A DNA stretch of 55,291 nt, counting the filler, from Bipalium vagum (Eukaryota): the NCBI GenBank assembly GCA_037834085.1. It is 3 parts of 3 records of this genome, joined end to end, with 100 filler letters (N's around TTAATTAATTAA, not from the genome) between each part and the next. Parts side by side here need not be neighbours in the genome. Positions count along the whole stretch, not along the records: positions 1 to 16,920 come from JBBMKC010086498.1; positions 17,021 to 36,153 come from JBBMKC010009537.1; 1 more part is not named here. One strand, given 5' to 3'. Positions 13,704 through 27,600 of the stretch are shown one piece after another; position 1 is the stretch's first letter; each line of letters starts with the position of its first letter. The position numbers were made by a program, and so were the translations under genes. A model generated the notes under the pieces. That model was not told where the DNA came from and searched no databases. It saw nothing but the letters and a program-made list of their open reading frames with translations.

Positions 13704-16539
13704 CTGCTAAAAGAAAGAAAATATTGAAAATATATATTTTGCATTTTTATAAATTTTATAAAAATATAGCAAAAAATAATAAATAATATTTTTAATATTT
13801 AATAAAAAAATAAAATGAATTAAAAGCACTATTGATAATTATTGAAAATGTTTCATGTTGAAATGATACCAGGCTCTGCATAACAAGTGATAAGTGTTTC
13901 TTTTTTGTGTCCATCAATTTTCATTTATTCTTTGTTTGAAGTTTCTTTTTATCTCGTTTCTTCGTCTTTGAGAAAGAGTCAAAAATGACAGAATTAATGT
14001 CAAATTTTAAATTGAAAAAATTGTTTTAATCAATTTATTTTTTACTCAAGACTTATTAAGGATAAAATCTATAATTTTGTATCTTACAGTTAGTTTTAAA
14101 GGCACATGATTTAGGGATAAGTTCTGTTTTTTCATCAAAGAAACTTATAGGGCTAATGTCAAGTTTAGACAAAGATAAAGAAAATAAGATATATTCTTTT
14201 TTATTATTGATTTTTTAATACTTAATCAATATAATGTTAGGAGTACTGTTAAGTGAGCTTGGTCAATTTCTGTAAAGTTTTTTTAATGCAACACTCTAAG
14301 ACTTCTGATTAAAGTAATAATTCATGAAATGTTATTGATATTTTTCTAGATAAAAAGTCTTATATTATCCCCCATATTTTGAAGTGGTTTAAATAAATGG
14401 TAGTCGGAAGATTCAAGGTCTAGAGAGTATCATAAACAAACCATATCATTCTAGTTCAGTTATCTTTTGTAACAAAATTTTCATGTAACGTAATCATATT
14501 ACAATTGGTTAATTTAATTTTTTTCTGATTGGCTGCTTTCGACTAAGTTATGACGAATATTTATCAGAAATTTTAGGTAGGCCATGTCTATTGTTAATCT
14601 GTTTGTGAGATTGGTTCAGAATTAATAATAAGGATCTTTTTCAGCTTGTGAGAGCTTAAAGAATCTGGATATAAGGAATTGAGAGATGATAGTGAAAACA
14701 TGATCCTTTACCATTTACAGCCCTAAATTAAATTTATGACATAGAGAATTAAAGTTTTGAACCAGAACACTAAAGTTATGAAATTGAAGAATCAAAATTT
14801 TTTAACTATAATGAAGTACAATATATCGTAAATATTAAAAGTGGATGAGTCAAATAAAGCGTATTTGAAGGAGACTATCAAATGACATTTAAGGATTGCG
14901 AACGGAATTTTTTTTATTTGTTTTGTAAGCGGAAATAGAGACGATCAAAATTTAGGTGTTGACCCTGGTTAAGTAATACACTGAGAAGCAAAATATTCAA
15001 TTTACACTGTATAGTTGGCATGCCTATTTTTTCCAGTTTTAATGGAAAACGGGCTCTTAGACGAGATGATTGCAAATCATACTTATTTTTATTTGATTAG
15101 TTTAAATCTGTATTTCACTAATTCAAATTTTGATGTCATTAGTTTAAAATTGGATTTCATTTTTTTAATTTTGACCTGTAAAAGGTATAGAAAATATTGC
15201 CAGTCTAAGATATTAATATTAAAATAGAATAAATATTGGAAAATGCATAAAACAGTCACTTTGAAGCGATTTTGTAATATGAAATATATTCAACAGTTGT
15301 AAAGTGTTTGCCTTTTATAAAGACATTTATAAAGACAGAAAATCATTGGTAACCCTTAAGTACAATCACATAAGTGAGGTATCTACAAATTATTGATGAA
15401 AATGGTAACATGAAACAAGATAGAGTGAATAAGTAAATGTTGAAGAAAAAAGGGACAATATTCCAAAAAAGGAATTAAGAAATATCTGGGTAAAGCTTGA
15501 TATAAGCGACTGACGTTTTCTGGTTAAAGTGTGATAAAAATGTAAATATAATATGTATTTAAAAGGAAAAAATAATAAATAACTAAAGAAATAAAAATAA
15601 AAAGAATAAATTAAAAAAATAAAACGTTTTATTTTTTGATTTTGATTTCATTTATTGCCTTGGATTTTATTCAATTATAAATAATGAAATACGCAATTAA
15701 TTATTAAAACATTTTAATTAAATTCCTTATTATAAATATTTTAAGATCTATTATTTATAATTAGGTTTATTTTATTATTAGAAAAAGGCTGAAAATAATT
15801 TTTAAAAATATATATAAATAATAGAATAAACAATTATTTTTCTGTTTATTTATTTTCTCTAACAAATTCACAGTAAACAAAAAAATTTACAATGTTAATT
15901 TATATAATTACAACAAATTATTTTTAATTATTTTTTACATTTTATTGATAAAATTAGATAAATCAAAAGGGTAATTTTAATATAAATAATTTTTGTTTAT
16001 TTGAAAATTGAGAATATTCAGTCTACCCACTAATTATGAGAACACAGGAAAACATTATTAGCAAGAAAATGACCTAAAGCATCAATAATTGATTGTATTG
16101 AATTTGATCTCGCGAAAAAAAGAAAAAAAGAAAAATGAAAAAAAAATCGATAAAAATTATTAGAAAATTTTAAAACATAAAAGGCATTTTATAACATCAT
16201 TATATGAAAAAACATATAATAATTCTTATATGATAAACGTAAAATATTTTTTGTTTTAATTCAGTGAATTAGCAGACATAAAAGGACAAAGTTATAAAAA
16301 ATGGAGAGAAAGTACAACAGAAAAATTCTGTTCAGTTTTTCTAAAATGAACTTCAATATTTCATTTTTATACAATGCAAATTCTCAGACTGTGGAAAATT
16401 ATTTATTTCATAAAGAAAAGAAAATTTTTAATTTATTAAAGACTTATCAGGTTTTAATAAATTTGGAATAAATTTAAATAAAATATTAATAAAATATTAT
16501 ATATTATTATATTGATATTATATTAAAAATATTTTTAAA

Positions 16540-16572
16540 ATATGAATATGAATATGAATATGAATATGAATA
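16540..16572 (+). repeat. (ATATGA)5 microsatellite
   Basis: Direct reading of the sequence. Confidence 0.85.
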
Positions 16573-16920
16573 TATAATAATAATAATAATTATTATTATT
16601 TATTTATTATTTATTATCTATTTTTAAAAACATTTTTCTGCAGAAGACATTTGTAATTTTTTATAATATTACCTCTTTAAAATGTCTTATTTCATAATTA
16701 AATGAAAGTAAACTGTTTTCTGTATGTCATTCATTGACAAGGGAACAAATTTGTACCGAAACGAACATAAGTCTTGGATTAAATTAGGCAAATGTTTTTT
16801 CCTCATTTCCACGATTTTCTAAAAATATCATTTGTTTTATAAAGCATTTTCAGCTTAATAATTTTAATATCATTATCAGGAATTATCAATAATTTTAATT
16901 ATTATTATTATTATTATTAT

Positions 16921-17020
16921 NNNNNNNNNNNNNNNNNNNNNNNNNNNNNNNNNNNNNNNNNNNNTTAATTAATTAANNNNNNNNNNNNNNNNNNNNNNNN
17001 NNNNNNNNNNNNNNNNNNNN
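16921..17020. other. Artificial contig spacer N44-TTAATTAATTAA-N44
   Basis: Exactly 100 nt with a central six-frame stop linker; identical to the second spacer. Confidence 0.97.
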
Positions 17021-17125
17021 CTCTTCAAAATTATCTGAATGGAAAAGAATTTTCTAAAGAGGTCGATATCAAAAACGCCTTGGACAATTTCTTTATGCCT
17101 AAGTCCACCAGTTTTATGAGGTTTT
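17021..17125 (+). mobile_element. Mariner C-terminal fragment at contig edge
   Basis: SLQNYLNGKEFSKEVDIKNALDNFF. Confidence 0.65.
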
Positions 17126-18664
17126 ATAGTTTTTACCTATATGGTGGCAAAAGATCATAGATAACAATGGAAATTACTTTTGTTAAGTTTCTTATTTTAT
17201 CTATGTAAAAATTAATTAATTAATTCAAAAAAAATTAAAATTAATTAATTCATAAATTGTATTAGTTGGATTTTGAACTTTACAACCCAATACGTTAAAT
17301 TTAACAAAGTAAAAAATATTAAAAATTAAATATCTATTTTTATTCTGAATAACTAAATCAAAAGAATTATTGGTAAAAATCTGATAATATTTAATGCCAC
17401 ATAAATAATTCTCTATATTAATATACAGTGCGACATACATTAATAACCGCATTAAAAAATGATATTATCTTATGTCCAATTATAAAAATACATTCTAAAA
17501 ACGGTTTTTCACCTTTTCTACTAATATCGACTCAACCCTCGATTTGAAATTTATCCGTCGCCATTATAATTTAATTAATACCTTAAATATGATCTTGGTT
17601 TGTTAATTTTAACAATTTAAAAATATAATTCGATAATAAAAAGAATTAAATCAATTTTTCATGTTATAAAATTTTTTATTTTCTGGATAAAAGAATATTG
17701 AACTGTCAAAATCATTAAAACTTCTGATAAAGCTAAACGTAAATTTCAAAAATATTAACAATTTTTTACTTTTATTTCATATTTTTAATTAAAAGTTAGA
17801 ATCTCAAAATTTGCAGATAATTTTAATATAATATAATTTCATTCTTCGATTTGCTTCTTTTTTCAAAAAAAACAATTGCCTTTCAAAAATGTACAGTGCT
17901 AAAGTGTGATTCAAATTTTGGTATTTACCAGGATAACCTAAGAAATTCGAATAGAATCATAATCTATTTGCGGTTCGCATTGGTATGGTAATTTCAAAGA
18001 AATATGTAAACAAAATTTCTTAAGTAAAAAAAATATAAAATAACTTAAGATATCGATGAAAAATAATAAAAAATTAAGAGACCTTACAAACACTTGAATG
18101 TCACAAAAGGTAGTTTAAGCATTACTTATTGTAAGTGGTATAAAAATTAAAAATTGTAAAATTGAGATTTGTCATTTTGATGATTTTTAAACTTTGTAGG
18201 GTATTTTGAAGCAGAACACCATAAAAATATTTGAAACTATCTTATCTGTGTATCTCATAGTGCCTTAACATTAGTCACAAGGTTAAAAAACTGATAATAT
18301 ATCAATTCGCATCATTAGGTTTTCTTTTCCTTTTCAACAACTATAATCAAAAAGAGAACAATTATTTCTCATCAGAAGAAAAATATAAATCACAAAATTT
18401 TTATAAAACTCTTTCTCTGAGCTAGGAAATGTCCTCGGTAATTAAAATTATTATCAATGATAACTATTTTTGAACTAAACGTTGTTCTTTCTATAGTATA
18501 CATAACGTGTAAATAAATCATAATAGTAATGATAAAATGCACTCTATTTTTAAAATATCAATTTAAAATAGAGAAAATTAGAAATAAATATTATTTTAAT
18601 TTTTTCTTAAATTCCTTGCTACATGTTCAAAATAAATCCATCTATTTTTTTCTTTTAATTTTAG

Positions 18665-21600
18665 GTACATTATGACTTCTGATTTTACCCGTCAGAACAC
18701 AGTGGAATATTTTCAAAAGAATCATTATTTCGGTCTTAAACATGATCAGATTAATTTTTTTGAACAGTGTACATTACCAATTGTGACTTGTGATGGAAAA
18801 ATTCTTCTAGAGTCAAAATTTCGGCTGGCAAAGTCTCCAGGTTTGTTGAACGTTTTTTTTCATATTAATTATTTTGGACATTTTTTGTTATTGGTAATAA
18901 AAATAATAATTGAACTAAAAGTTGACTATCAATTGATTCAAAATTATATATATTTTTCCAATAATTTAGAAAATGAATCCATAAAAATGAATTAAAGAAT
19001 ATTAATTTTATAATAATCAATTTTTATTTGAAATAAAGATCACCGTGAAAACTAGCTTATATATTTATTATGACATCAATTTTATTTTTTCTGATTTTTT
19101 TCTTTGTGTCTCTTATTTAAGTAATACCTTTGATTTTATTCAACTATATTTTCAAGTTTAGTCATTGGTTTTTTTAAAAACAGATTATTTGTGAAAAATG
19201 TTTTATATCTGATTTTCAATCAATAATTTTCTGCGAACTTGTTTTATTTTTCATTTATATATTGTGAGTTTTAGTTAAAATATTGTGATACAGAACATCT
19301 CTTGGTTAATCATTCTATAGTTTAATTATAATTATAGATCTGAAATTTAAGACAAATGGCGCAATCAAACAATATAAGATCAAAATGACTCTTATTATAA
19401 TTCTAGTTATGATAGAGATTTTAAAAGTTATGGTTATATTGAATTGAACGGAAAAATCTATTCTGAATTTTGCTTTAAAATTGGATTTATTATTTTTGAA
19501 GTGACTTATAAAAATCATTATTTTCTTTATAGCGTTTTTTTTTAATAGTAAAGTATCATATCTAGAAATTTATAGTTAATTTCATTATTTAGTAAAAAGT
19601 TTCAAAAGGTTCAATGATATAAACCATATTTTTCATTATTTTTTAATTTCGCAAAGGAGAGATGCTACCAAAACCGTAAAAAAATATGCAATTTATTTAA
19701 AGAATTGTGATCGATTGCACTTTTCTTAATAATTTTCAAATGTTATAAAAATTGATTTTCGGTTCAAGATCAGATCTTACAGATTGATTACTGACTGTCG
19801 GTTATTAGTTAAGAAATCAAAGTACTCAAAGTCGTTCAATTTTCTATTGTTTATAACTTCCCTATTTGATAACAGGTTTTTTTTTCTTTAAATCGAAATT
19901 GAATCACAAAATACATTAATGATCTCATCAAGAAACTCGATTTCATAATTTCGAGTATTTTCCAACAACCAACAATATTTTTTATTGTTAATGAATACTT
20001 TAATAATGGAAAAACAATTTCTATCGTGTTTAAAAGATATTAATTCTTTGTATGGATTAGCACAATCTTCCATGATTTTCAATGTAAAGTTTTTGTCTGA
20101 ATTCGATTGTTGTCAAAGTACATTCTATCCTTAATCTACTTGATAAATTGGTTTTCTGTCAGTTTGGAGTCTGTTTTTCAGTAAGAAACTCATTTTTTAG
20201 ATTGAATATTCAAAAGATTGAAAACTGTCATTGAGATCGAAAAATATCAATAAATAAATTCTATAGTAACAGCTATTTTTTTATTTTGGTAATTCGCACA
20301 GCATAATTTTCTTAATGTATATGTCTATTTTTTCCAAGAGTGAGTATCAATTTCAAATTAAACAAAACTATGTAATATTATTTTTAAAAAATTATTAGCA
20401 ACTTGGAAATATCCAACAAGCTAATATCTTAGAAAGTTTTCTTTATCTGCTGACCTCTGTAAAAAAAGATAATTTCATTCTAAAAATTTCACGCTAAATT
20501 TGATTGGTCACTATTTCCAAAATTTCTGTAATAAGCGATGATGCAAATGATTAAAATGTCAGACAATAGTTCAAAATCAATACAATTCTTCAACCTTTTG
20601 TATGATAATTTCTTGATAAATACCCGACAAATACTGAAAAATTATCGCTTTTTCCTTGGTTTCTGTGAAGTTTATTATTCTCGTCGCCAAATTTATCAAA
20701 TTATAATCATTTTTGAAAAACAGATAAGAAGTATAAAGGTTTAGGTATTTTATTAGATTTCGTTGTTTTAAAATAACAAATGACGTGTGTCAGTTAAATA
20801 AATTAAGTGGATATTAAAATCACAGCTGTTCTTTTTGTTACTTAATCAAGAATATTTTCTTTTTCATTATTTGTTCATTTGAAGTTGTTTCTTACGATCT
20901 TAACTGCAATTATGTCATTGATATCACAATTTAAATTGCAATACTGAAAACTTTTTGAATTCAGCTTGATCATTATTTAAAAAAGAATTTTATATTTTAC
21001 TTATAAATTGTTTTTGGTATATAGATTTTTTTATATTATTATTAATCAATACTTTACAGATTAATAATTAACAGCTGTTGTAACGTTTAATAATCCTATC
21101 AATTATGCAAATATTGAGATCAAGAAAATTATTATAAAGCATATGTTCTATTTTGTGTGTTAACATTGGTTATTGTTTCTACTTTGATTATTATTATTAT
21201 TAAAGATTTTAATACTAATAAAAGATCGGATCAATTACTTTTTTCTCTTCAGAGAAATCAATTAACTTTCCCCTCCAATAAAAAATGTATCATACTTACG
21301 TAATATATCAATAAAATTACAATAAATTACAATATTATTATTTTATTAGATCCAATAGGATGTTCCAATCATCATTGAAAACATTATCTTTCCACATCTA
21401 TTCACTCAGATATAAACATATCTTATCTCCAAGTACACCTTTCTTGATCCTAATTCGGTACTTAATCTTTGCCAAATACGATTCTATGGTCTGTAGTGGA
21501 TCTACCGTGGATCTACAAAATATACGAAATGGTTAATAGTTAAATGTTTAAATTCCTTTTTTAATATTATTATATGCTCTCCATTGATCACTAATAATAA

Positions 21601-24600
21601 ATGTGCAACTTCTTCATATACCGTGAATATTGATAGTGGAGTTAGTAGACACTTAGATGAAAACAGTATTTCTCAAAAATAGAACCGGTTCTTATGCCAA
21701 AATATTTTTCATAATTATTGCATTTCATTTTCATACACCGAAATGTTAATCCTCTCGTGTATCAATTACCTATTTTTCGAATTGATCCATTCAATTATAG
21801 AATTGGATTTTCTATAATCTATCTATTTCTTATTGACATAAGGAAATTTACATAAGCAAAGAATTGTTTAATAAGTTGTTGTTTAAATAAGTGTTAATTC
21901 ATTTTAATGGGGTTTTATTTATTCTGGTTATACAGAAATTAATTAATATTTAATAAATAATCACTATAATATTTATACTGCATATTATTAAAATTATAAT
22001 CTTACATATTTTAGCAATTTTTTATAATTTATAAATAAATAATATTTATAGGAATATTGTATTTGATAGAAAATAATTTGGCATTACAGTATTTATCAAT
22101 TATTTTTATTTCTCAATGAAATGTGCTTAACATTAAAATGGACTGCCAATTCAGAGGTTAAAGCAAGGATTTTTCTATTAAAAAGTCTTGGTTATTATCA
22201 TTTTAATTATTGTTTATGTTCGTCTAAAATGACATTTCTTTTTAAAAGCTCCTTAATAATCCTTCTTTTCCTGATAATTTTTAATATCTACCAACATTTT
22301 CATTATGAATGAATTTTCTAGTAATACACTTAAAAATATGATAATTTATTATTTAGGTTCTCTATCGATTATTTATTTTGTTTTATCTTATATTTTAAAT
22401 TTTTTATCGCTTACTTTACTGTTGTACCTCTCAAAATTACTCTTCTTATAATGTTGTTAGAATATGTTCTATTTAAAAGGTTGCTTTATTACTAAGATAT
22501 GAAATCTTAAGAACAATTTAACAAGTATAATTTTTTAATTTAAATTAATTTAAATTTTGCAATTCTAATTGGATTCAGTGCTATTGACAAAATCTTAGAC
22601 TCCACGTTCATGTCGATTTAAAGTGTTTTTTTTTTATTTTATTTTTTTTTTATTTGTTTTATTTTTTTCTTTTTCTATTCCATAAAATCAATGATATGAC
22701 AAATATGAAGAAACTTTACGTTAAAGGAAAATTTTATAAATTTATGTTTTCCCAAAATGATATTCATTTCATTAAAATATAAGAAATATGTACATTTAAA
22801 TTAATAACTCTAAAGGAATATTGCAAAAAAGAACATTCACTTCAATTTTTAAAAAATATTCTTAAACGCAAAAAAATTTCAGATGGAAATGGTGGTTTGT
22901 ACCGAGCTTTGAATAAATACAACTTAATTGATGATATGAAATGTCGAGGAATAAAATATGCCAATGTTTACGGTGTAGACAATATTCTCACAAAGATTGC
23001 AGATCCGGTTTTTTTAGGATTTTGTGTAGAGCAGGATGCAGAATGTGGTGCAAAAGTTATTGAGAAAATTCTACCCCGAGAAGCGGTTGGAATTGTTGTT
23101 AAATTCAAAGGACATATGAAGGTAATCGATGGGGCTTTTGGTAGTTATTGGTTTTTTATTGCTTTGTTTCGATATTCTATTTCCAGGGATAACATTCTTT
23201 GGCCTATTAATTTTCTAAATATATTTTTTATTTATTTATATATCGATAAAATTTAATTTTATCATCAAAAATAAGTTTATGGTGCAGAAAAGTTTCAAAT
23301 CTATTTTTTTGTGATTGTAAAGAGGATTTTAAAATAAAAAATTATGAGAATGATTATAATAAGATAAAAGTTTAATTTATACTTCGTTTCCGTTTTGATT
23401 TTTCTTATTCTTTCCTTACATATTGCTGTCTTTTCTTTCTTTGTCCTTCTGTTATACGAGGGTGGCTTGAGAAGTTTGCGAAATGAAAAAAAAACATATT
23501 TTAACAAAAATAATTATTTTTCAACATAATCTCGCTTAAGATTAATGAAGCGCTTTCTACCAAGTAAAATGTTCAACTTTGGGAACATGTGAAAATCAGA
23601 GGAATCCAAATCGGGTAATATGGGAAATGTTGAAGAGGTTTGTACTTTAATTCATTAATTTTGTCATTGTAATTAATGCCGTGTATGGACGTGCATTATC
23701 TTGATGAAAAATGATTTTCTTTTGCTGAAAACTGGGTCTTTTTTCATTACCTCTTTGGAAACAATAGATTGATGCCATAACCTTACCAGCAGATTTAACT
23801 TTCATCGCTTTCTTTAGAGCGGAGAGTTCCTGTGTTTCTACTTCTTACATTGGGTTTTGCTTTCTGGTGTGTAGTAATGAACTCATGTTTCATTGAGGTA
23901 ACAAATCTTTGCACAAAATCAGTTTTATTCTTCTGAAAACGTGCCAAACACTCTTGAAAAAGCTTCATTCTTGTTTTTGTTCAACTGTAAACAAACGCGC
24001 ATTTATCTTACCATTAATTTTTTCATGTCTAATTCATTAAGCAAAATAAAATTCACCCGTTCGGTTGATATGTCCATTTTGTTAGCTATATCTGATACTT
24101 TCAATCGACGATCTTCCAGGCTGATACCACCCTGACTAAATTCCGTAGCCCATTTATGAACCGTCGTAAATTATTGTAAAATATTTTATCACTGCTCGGA
24201 TTTCAAATATATCCATTTTCTAAAATAGTCAAAACTATTTAATTTAAATTGATGTAGAAAGAAAAATACTCTACCAATAGATTTTATATTTCAAATTTAT
24301 TAATAGATTAATAATGTATTTTTACGATAATATGAATGTCTTGACTATACACATTTTCTTTATGCTCCATTTCACGAACTTTTCAAACCACCCGCGTATA
24401 TTGTATTGCTTATGAACATTGTTGTTGTTTTCTTATTGACTGTTATTTCATTTAAAAAATAACTATCAATGTTTATTATTATTAATTTAAGTTCATTTCG
24501 TAGATTTCGTATTATCAATGAATTATGATAAAATTCATTCATGTCCTTAATTCGATAGACTTTTGATAAAGAGTACCAATGATCTTAGGTCGAATGATCC

Positions 24601-27600
24601 AGATTTTTACAATTTATCTATTTTCATTTATGATGGTTTTAGTAAAATAAATTAAATAATATTTTGATAATAATTTAATTTTGTGGAAGAAAGAACGTTA
24701 TTAAATTAGTTTGGTACATGACACTTATTTTAATGTTGCAAAATTTCTGTCATGATTCAAATCAATTTTTATGAAATTTTTCCATATTTTATATCTTTAA
24801 TATTGATGAATTAATTTTTATGACGTAACTATTTAAGCTGAAATAAATTTTTAATCATTTGTAAATATTTGATTGGTCCAAAATCATAGAAAGATAATAT
24901 AAACTGTACTCCCTACTACCACTGGATCCTACAGCATAAAATCTTATAAATTATTAGCTCGATTTTTTATTGCAGAAATTCATTTATTACCTAAAGCCAA
25001 TTGTATTTCTCATTTGTCTCTCTGTGGATTTATTTCTAATATTCTTCTATTAATGATCATTAAAAATAAACAATTCACAATTGCACGCTGAAATTTGGTC
25101 GATTTTTAATAAAATATATTTGTGATGTGTCTCGGTTTTTTCTGACTATATTTATTTTCACAACTATCTTAGCAACATATAATGTGACGCGTGTACTGAC
25201 AGATGGGGAAATGCTTAAAAGAAGTAGTCCCACGCATACACGTTTAATTTTGTCTACAATTGCTAAAAAGGATTACCACAATTTTTGATATTCTAAGCAA
25301 GATATAAACATTCTGGAGTGTTATACAAATCTCAATTTTTATGGCTTTTACCGCTTCGTGATTTTTAATTATGATATAAATTTGATTGGATATTTTATTG
25401 ATCTACATCAGAATTACTGCTTTTCATAAAAAAATATTATTAAATCAAAGAATGAAACTTGATTCACTGTTATCTTATGACACAAATGATTACAAAATAT
25501 TGATTTCGTAACTCGCTGAAGCTCTGCACATGCGTGATTCGTTAATTTGTAATCTCTCAGAATTTGTCATTCCATAAAATTGTATATTTTTTGGTGTCAA
25601 TTCTATTCATATTGTCCATTAAAATTTCATATTATTTTTAAATATAAAAAATAATTTCTGACTAATTATATTAATTAACGTTTTATTTCAAAATCTCGCA
25701 GTTTAGAAATATCATTTACTTTCAACAAGTCATTATCGACGAACAGTATCGATCCATTGTAACGCGTTACTATAGTCCCCGTCAAAAGTCTAAGCCCACT
25801 TTCAAAAATTGAATTGATTTCATTATTTATCCATTGGCATGACATCAATTTAGATATTTATTTGTATAACTCTGACCTACATCAGTTTATTGTTTTTTCA
25901 TTAATATTGCATAATTATCAATATTATTCTTTTCAAATAAATACTTTTGTTTAAATAATGGCTGAATTATATACTGAAAAAATGGCTCAAATTTTGATTT
26001 TGCGCGACGAAGGTTTTTCGCAGAGACAAATTGCGACGAGAATGAATGTGTTAAGGGGATCTGTTCGACGTTCAATTCAACAATATTACCGCAATATGAA
26101 AGGCCAAAAGTAAAAACAGTTCAAACTGATAGATTGATTCATCGGTTATCCTGTACTCGACCTTTTGCATAAACAAGTGAAAATAGATCACAACTTCCTC
26201 CAGATACACTAGTAAGCATGAGTACCATTTCTCGACGGCTTAGACACGATTTCTCGTTGCACCCCTGAAGGCCTACAATAAAGCCGAGACTTTCTTTAAA
26301 GAATGTTAAAGACCGTCTCTTGTAAAAAATATAAGAATTGGAAGCCAACAGATTGGCACTGTATTATTTTTTCAGACGAATGTAAGATCCAGCAATTCTC
26401 TCTCAGTGTTATACGCGTCTGGAGACCTGTCGGCACAAGGTTTGATCCAAAATATACTGTCAAGAATGTAAAACATTCTCCTTCCGTTATGGTCTGGTCA
26501 TTAATGTCATATGATGGTATGGGTAATTTATGTTTTGTTCCAGCTGGTACAACTATTAGATCTACGGAGTACATTGACATATTAAACCAGCACCTTCTGC
26601 CAATTGAAACTGTTAAATCTTTCAGCATGATGGGGCCACTTTTCATACAGCCAAGGCCGTAAAGTAATTTATCTCTCTTAACAATATGGAGGTACTTTGC
26701 CCATGGCCTGGAAATTCCCCAGACCTCTTACCAATTGAAAACTGTTGGTCCGAATTGAAGAAAAAAGTCTCATCTCAATCCAACATCAATTAATGACCTA
26801 AAAATGAAAATTAATCAAGTGTGGAGAAATGATATCTCGCCTGACTATTGCAAACATTTATACTGGTCGACATAATTATTTATACTAAGATTAAAAAATG
26901 TTAATTAACTGTTTACTTTTATAAAAATGAATATGATAACCTGGTGTATTTATTTGTTTAGGATATTCAAATAAGTTAATTATAATTCTTTTCTTTATAT
27001 AATTTGCAATATTTATAATTTATGCTAACAATTTAAAAAACATAATTATTTATACCGTAAGTAGTTTTGATAATTAAATTCAAAAATTATAACTTTAAAT
27101 AGATTTATTCTAAAGAAATTAAGAAAAAATAGCAAGACATATACAGAAATTGGAAAGATTTTAGGATTAACGAAGTCTCCCATTCAAAATTTAATTAATT
27201 ATCAAAAAGTTTGGCACAAAAAGAAACAAGGTCCCAAATTCAAAATAAATACAAGAAATTCAACAATCTTACGGCGCATATATCAAAAGAAAACGAAAAT
27301 GGTATCAAGTTGAATGCCAACACCATTCTTAGAAATAATAATTTAACAGTTTCCAGATGGTTGCAGTGACATGATTTCCATTACCAAAAGGAAGCACAAC
27401 ATATCATATTATCCACTAAACATAAACCTAACAGAATTTTTAAAGTATCTTCATGGATATCCACAAATATTGTATGGGAAAATACTGCTTTTGTTGACGA
27501 AAAGCGGTTCTCCTTAGATGGTAATTGGTAAAATATTATTCTAATGCATAAAAATGAAAATTAGGTTTACATACAGTGCTGGGAAAAAGGCTGTATGCTG

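Noticed and set aside
14030-15540. Possible non-LTR retrotransposon remnants
   Set aside because: Coding-like composition, but no unambiguous RT or endonuclease motif could be read.
16965-16976. TTAATTAATTAA palindrome as a biological site
   Set aside because: It is embedded symmetrically in N runs twice, so it is an assembly linker.
20160-20520. hAT C-terminal remnant
   Set aside because: Only faint resemblance; too degraded to support.
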